A stretch of DNA of 63,312 nucleotides, the filler included, from Sphacelaria rigidula (lineage: Eukaryota): NCBI GenBank assembly GCA_964200075.2. It is 9 parts of 9 records of this genome, joined end to end, with 100 filler letters (N's around TTAATTAATTAA, not from the genome) between each part and the next. Parts side by side here need not be neighbours in the genome. Positions count along the whole stretch, not along the records: positions 1 to 6,946 come from CAXNAA020017265.1; positions 7,047 to 13,992 come from CAXNAA020017266.1; 7 more parts are not named here. One strand, 5' to 3'. Position 1 is the first letter of the stretch. Each line of letters starts with the position of its first letter. Positions 1 to 12,151 of this stretch are shown one piece after another. The translations under genes and the position numbers were made by a program. Under the pieces are notes generated by a model that saw nothing but the letters and a program-made list of their open reading frames with translations, ran no database searches and was not told the DNA's origin.

Positions 1-52
1 ACCGAGGGACAAAAAACTACAAAGGCAAAGAAGTGTATAATGTAAATTTACA

Positions 53-84
<32 letters not shown>

Positions 85-269
85 CAGATGAAGCTTTTTC
101 ATACGGTGCCATCCATATCGGTGCCGGTAATTGAAGAGGTTGAATATACTGGATAACTGGTGCCCTCGCTGCCAGTATCAGTTTATTTCCAGTCCCAGTT
201 TGAACGACGATATTAAATTTTCCAAATCACAGTCATACCCTTTACGTGAGTCGCCGGATGCATCACGGC

Positions 270-395
270 GATTCTCGTTCGGTGATTGCGAACCTGGTCT
301 GGCGAAAACCCGGCGTGCTCCGTCCTGGCTTCGTAGGGGTGCGAGGTCAATGGTCTCATGACCACGGCATGGAGAATCATGAGTGCATCCCCCCG
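270..395 (+). mobile_element. Dispersed retroelement 3' tail ending in TGAGTAC(A/G)C-oligo(C), family A
   Basis: Core CCTGGTCCGGCGAAAACCCGGCGTGCTCCGTC..GGTCAATGGTC..ATGACTACGGCATG..CATGAGTAC. Recurs at ~740-855, 11800-11883, 36183-36260, 40449-40492 and 41455-41560 (+), and at ~1340-1390, 33620-33780, 49325-49367 and 56103-56267 (-). Confidence 0.8.
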
Positions 396-991
396 TTTCA
401 AGAATGTAGAGGTTTTTTCGGTGAGAGTCCCGCCACTAATTTTCTGTTGAGGTACTAAAATGTCTCGCAGGCGCAGGCTGTTTTTGAAGTCACGTCAAAG
501 TTCTGTGTAATTTTTTCCCCCCCTCCCATGATCTTACGGCCACGGCATGCGAGATCATGAATACACCCCTATGGTGAGATACCCGTAAGGCCATGTGTAA
601 GCCGCGGCTGTCTCTGGAAGTAGAAATACCACAAATTGAAGAAACGCATTGTAATCCATCATCCGTATGTAAGACAGTCAGTCTGCTTCGGGCCGAACAA
701 GCTCAGCAGGCTGCAGCTAACCCCTCATGCGACTCGCCGTATTCATCGCGGCCCTTCGCGCTTGGTGACTCCGAGTCTGGCCCGGCGAAAACCCGGCGTG
801 CTCCGTCCCGGCTTCGTAGGGGTGCGAGGTCAATGATCGTATGACTACGGCATGTGAAGTTGGTACGAGAGTGAATATGAAACGAACCAGGTTGCAAATG
901 ACAGTCTCATGAAGGAGGGCGCGGTGAAGTCACGGCAGCGCTCCCCCTTCCCCTCCCCTTCCCCTTCCTCCCCCCCCCCCTCGAAAAAAAG

Positions 992-1284
992 GATCAAAGG
1001 GCACGAATAAGAGAACGGCCGGTTTTGTACGTCCGCTACAACACCAACTACCGACGTGGGGGGGTTACACCGGAGGCAGGAGCCGTTGTCGCTTGGAAGA
1101 TACAGTTTTCAGGTATCCAACGGGAACGGGGTTGGGGAAGAGAAGGGTGGGATGGGCGTTGCACGCGGGCTCCGGAGTGGAAATCGGGGAAGACGACGGC
1201 GAGGATAATGGGGGAGGAGAGGTGACAGCGGCGTCTGCTACTCCTGCTGCTGCTGCTGATTCATCTTCAAGGGCAACGCAGCAG
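992..1284 (+). CDS. Exon of an unknown spliced protein gene (contig 1)
   Basis: A C-tract and AAAG acceptor precede an open frame (..TAGFVRPLQ..EDDGEDNGGGEVTAASATPAAAADSSSRATQQ) that ends at CAG|GT in phase 0. Confidence 0.5.
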
Positions 1285-1390
1285 GTGATACCTGTTTGAA
1301 GATACTGAGGAGTAGTTATGCGACATGGGTGGCGGGGGGGAAGGGGGGGGGGGCAGGGGTTCTCATGATCTTGCATGCCGTGGTCATGTC

Positions 1391-1521
1391 ACAGTCGCTC
1401 TCCACTGTTGGGCATGGTGTGAGAAAAAATCGCAGGTCGTGTGACGTCACGGAAATTCGAACACACGATCCAACCGTCAGAAGGTTTCGAGGTTATCAAC
1501 CGAGCCACCGGGGCGACCGGT
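1391..1521 (-). mobile_element. tRNA-derived SINE
   Basis: The minus strand has an A-box-like TGGCTCGGTTGA and a B-box-like GTTCGAATTT. Direct repeats GTCATGTC flank it at 1383-1390 and 1522-1529, a probable TSD. Confidence 0.7.
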
Positions 1522-2044
1522 GTCATGTCTGAAGTGAAAATATCACATGGCCGTACTTTTGAACGGGGGCACAGCTCTGCTATGACCACCCTCGTAGAGG
1601 GCGCCAACTGTCACATGGCCACATTGATTCATTGACTGTCGCTCATTGACTGGTTCCCGACGGACCCAGGCATGGTCATTATCCACAAGGTGGACGTCCT
1701 CAAGGTTACCAAGGCGGAAACGCTCGCCAAATAGTTGACACATGGCCACCTTTTTGATTGATCGATTGATTTTGTTGCACATTAATTGATGCTGGCCAGT
1801 TAACCGTCTGAATCACTAGGGTGGGGTTGGTCATCATCATCATCTGTTGAGTGGGCATCATTTTTTTTTTCCCTTCAAATAATTGTCGAGACCCCGTGAT
1901 GGGACAGACCCTCACCTCGGCGGCCAAAGGGTTAGTCAATATGCTGCGGAAACAAAAGGTTTTGTCTATCGATCGATCATATCATTTACTCAAATAACCG
2001 ATCAATATGTGTGTGTGCGCGGTCGTCGTTCGTTGTGTAAGCAG

Positions 2045-2182
2045 GAAGGCGCGCGGATTGGGGGGGCGACCGGAAGGAAGGCTGCGGCCCGCGCGGCTGT
2101 CGCGGTTGTAGAAAGCCGCAAGAGGAGGGAAATGAAAGAACGAGGCTACGTCCGTAAAGCTGCGACCACCTTGATCGCCATG
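2045..2182 (+). CDS. Exon of the same unknown gene
   Basis: GCAG|EGARIGG..KRREMKERGYVRKAATTLIAM|GTGGGT; 138 nt, phase 0-0. Confidence 0.6.
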
Positions 2183-2309
2183 GTGGGTAGCGATACCATA
2201 CCGTCGTTTTTTTTTTTTTCAAGTAACACTTCAACCCCTCATTTCCTCGAGACAAGTTCGTGGCCTCAAAGAAGAAATCAATCCCTCCCTTCCCCTGCCC
2301 CTGGAACGG

Positions 2310-2445
2310 GATGGATTGGAGGGGGAAATATGGAAAGTAAACGAAGGTGGCATCAAAACGTTTGATGTATTAGACAGTAGCGACAAAATGAAGGCTATTT
2401 TACGAGATGGACGGTGGCCACAGACGGCGAACAGAACGGGAATCG
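2310..2445 (+). pseudogene. Fragment of a LINE ORF2 C-terminus
   Basis: Translates FDVLDSSDKMKAILRDGRWPQTA. This resembles, from memory, the brown-algal LINE ORF end whose continuation WKKRNERPN..GCxVNGQTTKASNK* appears at 34683-34800 (-). Confidence 0.45.
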
Positions 2446-3804
2446 ATGAAATCGCGCCTCAGCACACCCGCACCTCGCGAACGGGGCGCCGAGATAGCGG
2501 TTGGTGGCCGCTACGCAATGACGGTAGGGATTGCGATGGTCATGCCGTCCCGTGGGAAAGGCGTGAAATACGGCCATTTTCGGGCCGACTGATATTTTTT
2601 CGGCCAATCGGCCACATGGTTCAAGCACCGGCTAAAAAAAACTTGTTTTACTCGAAAAACACCGAATATTTCAACAAAAAAATCGAAAAACAGATCGGAT
2701 ACGGTTGAGGGCCCGTACAAATTCAAGTACCCCCAACTTATGATACCGAGGAAGTATACAGCTATCGCCAGCCCAAGATATTTTTAATCACTTGATTTGA
2801 TTGTCGCAATTTAAATGAACCCCACAGGGATCCATCACCCGTGGTCACATGCTAGACGTGCCCGAGACAAGAAATGACAGCAACACCCGCTGAAGAAAAA
2901 AGAAGAAACGTAATTTAGGTGGAACGGAACCACAGAGTACACGGATAAAGAGGCATACCCAGAACCCTTGGGCAAGGGAAGTGTATCGGGGTTGCCCAGG
3001 CAAAGTGTCGCGTTGGTAGACCTCAAATGGGCGCCTGTGATGCCGATTCGGACGAAAATGCTTTCTTCGCACGCTAGGAGCGCACGGGACTGTCAAGTCC
3101 CACCAAAGATTCTATTTTTATTGTGCACACTTAAATCAAGTAGTATTAATTATGGGGTAGATTGTAGCCCAACTTCGGTTAATTCCACCGATTTTTTGCC
3201 CCTGGATAAGGGGCGAAACACGGCCATTTTCTGACTGGCTGATTTTTTCGCGATCGTCAGGCCACATGGTGGGAGGGATCAGCAACGATTCGAAGGAATG
3301 AATTTTAAAATATCAAAACCGTCAAAGACTGCAATAAAAAACGAGTAAGAGGTCGGACACGAGGAAGGGCCCGTACATACATGACCAAGCGGGCTTATGC
3401 AACAGATGACGTAGTCATTTAATGCTGAGTTTATTTTTCCATTATATATGTAAATATCTTACTGTTATGCACATATTACATAATTTTAGAGCCTAAATCG
3501 ATGGACTGGCGATATTGTTTCCGCATAACAATACCATACGATACATCGGTACCGGTTCACGACCCCCGCTTCGTTTATAATTATGTCGTATTTTATTTCA
3601 TGCTTTACTTTAGTTTTTTTCATGTAATTCATGTCACTTGATGTTTTTTTTCTCATATTTTATTTTTCGTGTTTTTTCATGGTTTACATTTTGTGCTATT
3701 TTATTTTTATCTTATTTTTATGTTATATTCACCTTCATGTGTTCTTCGTTTATTTCTAGTTTTTGTTTTACATTTTTATTTCTTCTTCATTTTTTTGTTT
3801 GCAG

Positions 3805-3915
3805 CTGAATTTGTCGTTGGAGTCGGGAGCCACTCAGCGCGATGCGGAGCGCCGGGTGAAGATGTTCGTGCACGCGCTGGGCTGTCAAGTCTTGGAAATC
3901 GACGGGCGAACAGTG
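3805..3915 (+). CDS. Exon of the same unknown gene
   Basis: Poly-T tract, then TTGCAG|LNLSLESGATQRDAERRVKMFVHALGCQVLEIDGRTV|GTGAGT; 111 nt, phase 0-0. Confidence 0.7.
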
Positions 3916-5050
3916 GTGAGTGTTTTTCACCACCTTGGTCGCTCAGTATGCACCCTGTGGTTTAATCTCAGTTGAACAGCTTTCAAAAGAGGGGGCGGGG
4001 GGGGGGAACCGGAATATTTTTGTCGAAGAGGGACAACCAACCCCCTGGAAGCATGAAGAACAACAAGGGTTTCCTTAGAAGGGTTTTCTCGGAGTTATGA
4101 TCAATTTCGGCGGAGAAGGACACTGCCTGAGCATACATGGAAATACACTGTACGATCGACCCCCCCCCAAAAAAAAAAAAAAAAACAAGAAAACAAGAGT
4201 GGCTGGTTTGGGGAGGGGAGGCAAAATCTACACGGAAATCGAAATGAAAAAAGCCGAGCACAACAAGCAGCTGGGAATTCGCTCGCTTGGGTTCGTTTTC
4301 GCCAATGTCACCCATATAAGGCGCTCCATGCAGCACGAAACCAAATATCAGGCGCTGTATAACCATTTTCTCCGTGCCAATTTTGGACTGGTTTTGGGAG
4401 CGGGGGGGGGGGGGGGGGGGGGGGGTCTTGTTGAACAAAACCAAAAAAAGGGTATGTTGGCTTNNNNNNNNNNTGCTGTGGGTGTGCGGTGGGGCTTGGG
4501 GTGGCTATCTCAGATAGACCCGAAACGAAAACGGGGTTATCTGGCCTGAAAGGATCAGTGCCACGCATATCCCGTGTCATAATCTTTGGTGCCTAAGCCA
4601 CGACCAGCCTGAACGCTATGATGTTATAATAATTAGTGATCACGCTCGCCCTTTGTAAGTACCTGCAGTCGTGCGATGTGTGGGTACGTTAGGTCGACTT
4701 TCATGGAGTATGACTACGTGTTCAGAAATCAACGGTTTCATTGTTATTGAGAGCGATGTTGCGGAAGGTGGGCATCTATCTCAACCATGGATGCGGAGTG
4801 TCCCAGGTAAAAGAACCATATTTTCACTCGCCGGACAGCTCATGATCTACCTGAGAATGACTTCTCACTAGTGTGTCGATCCGGAGCATGATCCAGCTCC
4901 TTTGGGCCCTTTTTTCCAAGTTTGCTTCCTACAGTGCATGACACCGAGCACGCGGCGCAGCGCAAAAATAGCGCTTCGGGTTCTCGCACCCTGCTGTCAA
5001 GTTTTTTTTTTTTACACCGGATCTGAGAGTCTTCTTCGATTTGTTATTTC

Positions 5051-5475
5051 CAGGGATATACACGTTACACATGTGAAACGTTTGAAAAAAAAAACGGGAA
5101 AAAGGAACTTTAGGCCAACTAACGCCACATGAGCTTTGAGTTTTTGGACGGGACAAATGTAACGTAACGTCATGTAACTTGTGGACCTTGAAGCAGTGTC
5201 TCTTGCAATTTTCTAGATGAAAAAAAAAGCTGTTTTTGTGAATTTTTAACGTGACACGTTACACATTACAAATTCACGAAAAAAACGCAGAGTTTTCGTC
5301 ACATTTGGAAAGTAAAAACGATATGTTGGGGGCTCATGCGAAGGACTACCCGTTACATCACGTTGTTACATTTGTCCCACCGAAAAAATCAAACCTTATG
5401 TAGCGTTAAACGGCCCCAAGTTACGTTTTTTCGAATGTGTCACGTAAAAGCGCACGTGTAACGTGTATACCCATG
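5051..5475. mobile_element. hAT-type MITE
   Basis: TIRs CAGGGATATACACGTTACAC and GTGTAACGTGTATACCCATG, with a perfect 8-bp TSD GTTATTTC (5043-5050, 5476-5483). Many internal ACGTTAC motifs. A related right end lies at ~57770-58040. Confidence 0.85.
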
Positions 5476-6946
5476 GTTATTTCAGGTAGGTCATGAGCGG
5501 TCTGACGTGCGTATCTATCTCAACCATGGGTGTTGGTGTCACAGGAAAAATAGCAATAATTTATTCGTAGGTGACCTGACTTTGTTCAGAGACTGACCCT
5601 ACGCTGAAGTCCTGTGCTGCACAAAAGTGGTGGTCGCGCCCACAAGAAAACATAGTTTGTATCTATACGAACTATACCTCTATATGTAGGGACCTAGCTG
5701 TACTTCATATATACACTCCTTTGTATATATACTTAGGTTCACCTGCTGTACGAAGATATGACGAAGCATTTTGTTTCGAAACCTGAAATACTCGGGAAAA
5801 AGTGGCATATGTCTGAATTAACTCATTCACCCGTTTGGCACTGGCGATGGAAAAGTGCAGATATCGAGATACTGTTTTTTTGAACGGCATACGGTTGCTT
5901 TTTCACAGCTTTCACGCGAAACTATTTGCCCACCCAAGGCGTGTTTTTAAGACCGACGGGAGTGAACAAATCAAAAAAAAAAAAAAAACAAGGAAGGTTG
6001 CCTCTTTTTGACTGTGGCGAAGCCAAACCGAATCTTCAGTCTGCGGTGAGTGGATGTCCGCGTGCTCGGCCATACCACTGCTTGTGTTTGACGTGGCTTG
6101 GAACCCGTTTGCTAAGTGCTGAGCGGGTACCACCGCCGGGCTGTAGTACAGTATTCCGCTGCGGTGCGTCACCCGTATGGAAGTGTGCTCCAGTACGGTA
6201 CCGATTTTGGTTGTATGGAGTTCAGGTACGCCGATGCCGATTTTGGCTGTATGCATACAGTTGAACCCGCTTCCCTCCTCGCGTCCTGTTATTGGACATA
6301 AGTGGTCCGACCGTGTCCTGTCATTGGACAAAACCGATTCGGCCGTACCGGGGTGAAATTTTTTGTTCGGCCATGAGGTATTCTGGTAGGTTCTTCTGTG
6401 GCTTTCCGCCGAAGAAATTATTGCCGTTGGTCTTTTTCTGTTCCCATTTTTCTTCGTTGCCAGGGCTTCAAATAGTGAGGCGTCTAGCCCGGGGACGGAA
6501 GGGGAGAGTTCCTAGGGGATTACGTGTCCTTACCCCGAGATGAGCTCGCTGATGAGTGGAATATGGTTAGTTTTCATCCAATCCGCCGTCTCGAAATGAT
6601 CGTTCCTCGAATACAAACAATACTCTATGGCGTACTTACAAAGAAGAACGACAGAGAGAGCAAAGTTGACCGGGATTGATCTCGTACAAAAGCATGGACT
6701 TCCTGCCTTGTTGTCCACGCGACTCACAGAATACTTGATTTATCCCGGGATGTTTTATACATATTTTGATCCTTTATGTAGGGATACTGTATATAGATAT
6801 ACTTCGAGGGTCGGACAAATTATGATTCGTCTGAAAAAAAAATGGTTTTAGTATAGTTGATTCGACTCGTACGAATCAATCCCTAGGCTTTGTTTTCAGC
6901 GTTGCAACCCAGGTACACGCAGTCCAGACACCTTGAATGGCGCAAA

Positions 6947-7046
6947 NNNNNNNNNNNNNNNNNNNNNNNNNNNNNNNNNNNNNNNNNNNNTTAATTAATT
7001 AANNNNNNNNNNNNNNNNNNNNNNNNNNNNNNNNNNNNNNNNNNNN
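6947..7046. other. Assembly linker N44-TTAATTAATTAA-N44 (also 13993-14092, 21039-21138, 28085-28184, 35131-35230, 42177-42276, 49223-49322, 56268-56367)
   Basis: Identical 100-bp spacer with stops in all six frames. It recurs every 7045-7046 bp, consistent with concatenated, size-sorted unplaced contigs. Confidence 0.98.
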
Positions 7047-7057
7047 AGGGGAGATTT

Positions 7058-7250
7058 TTTGGTTTCCTCCAGAGGGGTTGAAGGCCTCCGGGGGCTTATT
7101 TTTGCCTCTGGATGGCCGCGCATACCCTCAAATTCCTCCGGAGGGGTGCGCGGCCCTCCGGGTCGGTAGAGTTTGGTTTCCTCCAGAGGGGTTGAAGGCC
7201 TCCGGAGGCTTGTTTTCTCCCTGGAGGACCGCGTATCCCTCCGGAGGCAT
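7058..7250. repeat. ~114-bp tandem duplication with CCTCCGGAGG palindromes
   Basis: TTTGGTTTCCTCCAGAGGGGTTGAAGGCCTCCGG occurs at 7058 and 7172. Confidence 0.75.
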
Positions 7251-8050
7251 TTTGGAGTGTAGCCAAATGGCCGCGTGTGTGCCCAAAAATCGGACCCCAT
7301 TCACGGGCATAACTGTGAGAGGCGCACGAGGAAAGGGAATGCGACATGCATGTATTTCGGTTCGACATTCGGTTATAAATCTACCCAATTTTTGGCCGAT
7401 TCGGGTCCGAGTTTTAGCGACTTCGATTGTTTTTTTTGTCATTTTCTTGCTGGACACGAGTGAACACGCTACAACGTGGGTTCGAACAAGGCGTATGAAG
7501 CCTCTGCACCAGAAGTTAGCTCAAACGAATAGATGGTGGCGTTTTTTTTGCCATGTGTTTTTCCGTTTTTGAAAAAAAAAATCGCCCCCCGAGAAAGGAT
7601 GAAATACGGTCATTTTCGGGCCGACTGGCTTTGGTCGACCGTTGGGCCGCGTGGGGCAAGGGGCATCTTGGGGAAAAAAAATGTTTAATTTAAGAAAATG
7701 CCAAAAACAAACGTTGAAAGCTAAGAAAGAATTGGACACGGTTACGCCTTGGATCGCGAGGGTAGTCCATCTGGATCATGCATATTTTTTCCTAGTGAAA
7801 TTAATCGCGGTTCAACAGATGGCCTACTCTTGCTCGCTGTCTGAGGGTCGAGGGTCCGTACAAACTAAAGTATCCTAACTTATGGCACAGATGAATAGCT
7901 CTTGTATTATATTTTCAACCGGGGTCGTCGAGGCTATCGATGTATGGGAGCAAGGCCAACGATTTGATATCGAAAGGCGGTGCGGTGTGGAACCCAGAAA
8001 GCTAATCCTAACAATCAAATCCAAATTATCTCGACCGGCATTTCCCCCAG

Positions 8051-8161
8051 GCTCACCGCTGCGCACTTTTAGCCGAGGATGCTCGCCGACAGGGTGAGCT
8101 GGCCGAAGCGACGGACCTGCACCTCACAGCCGCAAAGGCGTTTCTACAAGCTGCCGAGCAG
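8051..8161 (+). CDS. Exon of an NRBF2/Atg38-like MIT-domain protein
   Basis: CCCCAG|AHRCALLAEDARRQGELAEATDLHLTAAKAFLQAAEQ|GT, phase 0-0. Resembles the NRBF2 MIT helices (AH...A......G....A...H..AA....EA). Confidence 0.7.
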
Positions 8162-9267
8162 GTCTGTCATCCGATGCCTTGTTCTTCGCCGTCACCCATT
8201 TTGCCCTGTGCTGTGAACAACGCTCGTCGTATTGTATACATGATGGTGGTGTTGTTATGTTCTTTTCTGTTTTTTTTATTTGTTGGGCGGGCGGAGGAGG
8301 AGGGTGAGCAATCCATGTGCCGGTTGGTTTCTATCGTAACTTTTTTGTGTTTGTCAAGAGTTCGTGTACCCAATCCTGTCGAAACACCCGTTTGGTTTTG
8401 GACGGCTCGATCATGGCGTGATTTATTGAAGCTGATGAGTCTTGCTAGGCAAACATTGTAACGCCAGGCTATCATTCGTACGTATCGCCGATATCACTCG
8501 GACATCAAAAGACGAGGTATTTGTCTGCCTCAACTTCTCCACCTACGTTCGACCCGGTATTGCGAAAAAAATCGAAATCGACGACACTCCTTTATTCTTC
8601 GCAAGATTGTGTCCTGCAGCGTTAACCGGCTGAAATTGGGGTATTTACAGAAGCGTAAAATAGGCGTTTTGTCGCTATATACCCTTCCGGGCCACACCGG
8701 AATGATGTTGGGAACAGGGCTCGACAACGTATTAAACCATATCGGGATGTTTGATACACATGTCGGCATGGTTTAGTGTGCCAACCGAAAATACCCCGCT
8801 TCGGGGTATACTGCCTACAGAACACGACGTTGGTTCTTTGCACACAACGCAGCACTAGTGCGCATGAATAATACGCAAGTATCTATCATTGGCCATGGTA
8901 CACATGCTCCTCCGGTTGGCCTACAGTATACAATCCAGGCGGAGAGAAAAAATATGGCCAATGGGTCACGCCGTCGCTCTCAATGTTCCATTTTCCACCG
9001 GAAGTCGACAGCTCAGAAAAAAAAAATATATACATATATATATATATATATAATATTCCATCCATCTTCCACTCGCTTTTTTCTTTTCACCTTCAGGGAG
9101 TATTTCCCCATTTGTTTGACTTCGGGCGTAAGCATGTCGATGTTACGATCAACGGCTGAGTTTCGTAGAAAATCAGTGATAAACGTTAATGTGAGGTCAT
9201 GAAAACATCAACCAAGCCATAAACGAATCAAACGCTCACTCTGCGATGTATTTTCATTTTTCCTTGG

Positions 9268-9510
9268 AGGAAGGAAGGAAGGAAGAAGGAAAGAGGAAAA
9301 CGTCATCCAACCCTTACCCCGCGAGCGGGTTCGTTTACCGATTACCCGGGCGCTCGGCTAGACCGCCTCGCGGCGGCCATGTGGGGTACGCGCCTCGAGG
9401 TTCGGAAAGTTTTGCTCAAGGCAGTGTGGAGGTTGAACCCACTAAAACCCCCTTTCAACTTGGCGCGGTGCACGGGCCGCCATACTCCTACGAGCTTCGG
9501 CCCTATGTGT
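9268..9510 (-). mobile_element. Retroelement 3' end with a (TTCC)n tail
   Basis: A ~200-bp sequence shared with 44080-44290. Both copies abut (GGAA)n on the + strand. Confidence 0.65.
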
Positions 9511-9626
9511 GTGATAGGTTGGGCAGTCGGCTAATCAATCAAACTCTGACCGTGTTGTTCATCTTCTTTGGCTTCTGGTCCGCCGCTGCCGCTCTTGTCG
9601 GTTCGCTTCGCTTCGGTCTCTGTCAG

Positions 9627-9715
9627 ATGCAAGACAACGGCGTTCTTGCCTCTTCTCTCTTGCTTCTCGCGGACTCCCACGCGGCGCAGGCAGAAGAGGT
9701 CACCGTCCGAATGCG
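9627..9715 (+). CDS. Exon of the NRBF2/Atg38-like protein
   Basis: TGTCAG|MQDNGVLASSLLLLADSHAAQAEEVTVRM-CG|GTGAG, phase 0-2. SLxLxxDSHxxQ matches the third MIT helix of NRBF2. Confidence 0.72.
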
Positions 9716-9799
9716 GTGAGGAACGGATTTTATTTAGGTGACGTTGTGGTAGTGGCGGTTCTACAGTTACCTTCGAGTTTTGTTGTTGTCGTCGTCGTC

Positions 9800-9906
9800 G
9801 TACTTGTACTTGTACTCGTACTCGTACTTGTACTCGTACTTGTACTTGTACTCGTACTTGTACTCGTACTTGTACTCGTACTTGTACTCGTACTTGTACT
9901 CGTACT
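9800..9906. repeat. (GTACTY)n hexamer microsatellite
   Basis: About 18 alternating GTACTT/GTACTC units. Confidence 0.95.
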
Positions 9907-11138
9907 TTAAACCAACCTGCTCACCCTTCTTCATCTGCACGATTCCGTCTCGTCTTGGTAGATCGAGCGTTGGGTGGGCGAGTCCAGGAGAGGTGGGGTT
10001 TTTCAAGAAATGATGAATAATGCTCATCATCACACGGCAGGGCCACGACGTCTGTGTTGTGTGTGTGTGTTGTAATCCCATCTATTCGGGACGTCGGTCT
10101 ACACCTTTCGGTATACATGGGCGCATGTACGGGGGAGAGATGGGTTGATCCCTTAAGACCACGGACTCGTCCCAAGGAAACGGAGAGGTTCAAAGTGTGA
10201 CAAATAAATTAAAAAAACGCCGGGGTCACACAGGAGGAAGGACAACACAAGAGTTTGTTTTCATTTTTTTTCTGTACTCCACCTTCCGTCTACGGCGCTT
10301 GCTCAAGTCGCTCTATAGCTCGATGTTAAGTTGCCCTCGCGCGATCAGTGGGTTCTGCCACGGACCCTTGCCGGCGTACCTGGCAAGGGGACAAATTTCC
10401 CTCACAGACCGTACCAGCACTTCCAGACTGGGCGTGCTGACAGTCTGGCAGAGACGAGGGTGGTCGCGGCCGTATTCTTCCAGGCGTATCAACTTCAAGT
10501 ACAGCAGCATGGGGTTTGTACATGAATATTATGGTGATTGCCCCACTTCAACTTCACCAATGTGTTGCGGAGTATTTGACGATCTCACCGCGTAGCATTA
10601 CATGTGGAGATGTACCAGACTCCAAACAGCAGCAATAGACAATGAATTCCATACTGTACGCAGTACACTTTATGACAGTGTGACCTTTTGTCCGTCGTTG
10701 TCCAAGATGTGAAATGTACGTACAAGCTTCATACCGTGCAGTACATAGTGCTGTCGAGTACACCCCAGCTGTGCCACCTACTAGTTGTTCAAGCGAAAGT
10801 GACAAAATACCGCGGTCCGAGCAGTTTTCGTGTTCTGCAAAGGCCGACCTAACCGATCACGGCACACCGCTGCAACACAGGCAGCTGTGGTGTAGGGAGG
10901 GGTGGTATCCCACGTACACAAGTGCCGCACCATAAGGTGTCGGCGTTCCATGTTGTGTCGAACTGCATAAGACAGCGGGGAATCGATACAGCACAGGGAT
11001 AATCCAAGGATTGGACGTGCTGTGGTGTGCCATGTCAGCGTTGCACCCTGCCGCTGTTCAGCACTGCACCCTGTCGCTGTTCACCGAGCAGGTAGTACCG
11101 CCCAAGGTGTCACTGCTACGGCTGGTACGCAGTCTTAA

Positions 11139-11256
11139 TCCTCCGGGGACGTATCGACGATTTTTATTTTTGTGAGTCGGCGTCATTTTGACTTGAAAAT
11201 TACTGAACATGATGCAGATTCACAGAAACAAAAATCGTCAATGGGTCCCAAAAGGG
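11139..11256. mobile_element. piggyBac-like MITE
   Basis: TTAA on both sides; the right end GTCCCAAAAGGG is shared with the copy ending at 36912. Confidence 0.6.
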
Positions 11257-11899
11257 TTAAACATAGACAAGCAAGAGGTGCAAGGCCAGTACGCACGGGG
11301 TGGGGCCCGCATCTAGAGAAACCTGCACTAACTTCGTCTAGTACTCCTGGTGCGAGGCAGGTTTTCAGTAGCAAACGCTTGCGATCTGCGCAGTGATGTA
11401 CTCCGTACGTGGTGCGGCGTTCTCCACCACAACAAGTCGCCCGTTAGGCCAGCTGCCCGTGCTGACTGTGACCACCCCTCTTCCCACGATGACCTCTGCT
11501 CGGAGCGCAAGAAAATTGAAACTGCGGAACATGACTCATTAAACTAGAATACACAAATCCTACCACGTCTCGGAGGGAAATGCGTCCATATTATGGGGGG
11601 AAAAAATGAACAATACTGATGAATCAAGGTGTACAATAGTTGCGAGTAAGAGTCCAGCCCCTGGCTTGCAAGGGGGGATAAAGTCTCTCGGTGCAGGCTG
11701 TTGTTGAAGCTACGTTGAGGCTCTCGTGAATGTCACGGTGATACTGCTATGATGAAAGTTCATATTTTTTCTTTGTGTTGTACTGTGCTAGTGTTTGTGC
11801 CTGGTCCGGCGCGAACCCGGCGTGCTCTGTCAATGATCTTGCGACTACGACATACAAAGTCATGAGTACCCCCCCCCCCCCCCGTCCCGCGTGCCTCAG

Positions 11900-12151
11900 T
11901 CTGTCGTCAGACCCTCCGCTTCACACGAGTGGAGCTTCTCGCGGACTGACGCCGGCGGCGGCATATAAGGCCAACGCAGCTAGTGGAATCGGTAGGGATG
12001 GCGTTGGAGCGGCAGAGAGTGAGGGGCGAGTAGTGGCAGGGGGGCAGGCAGCGCTTAGCATGGCGGTTGTGGGTGATATGGAGGATAGCATCATGAGGGG
12101 TCCCACGCAGCGGAAAGATGATACCGCTGTCGAGTTGGCCCGAAAGTTCAG
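11900..12151 (+). CDS. Exon of the NRBF2/Atg38-like protein
   Basis: CCTCAG|T-LSSDPPLH..KDDTAVELARKF-AG|GTATTT. Phase 2-2, consistent with both neighbouring exons. Confidence 0.7.

Noticed and set aside
8415-8466. Hammerhead-like CTGATGA-stem-AAAC
   Set aside because: The conserved GAAA lacks its G and stem I is not adjacent to the core; likely chance.
9767-10081. ORFs with KYEY, VL or YS repeats
   Set aside because: Translations of an intronic hexamer microsatellite.
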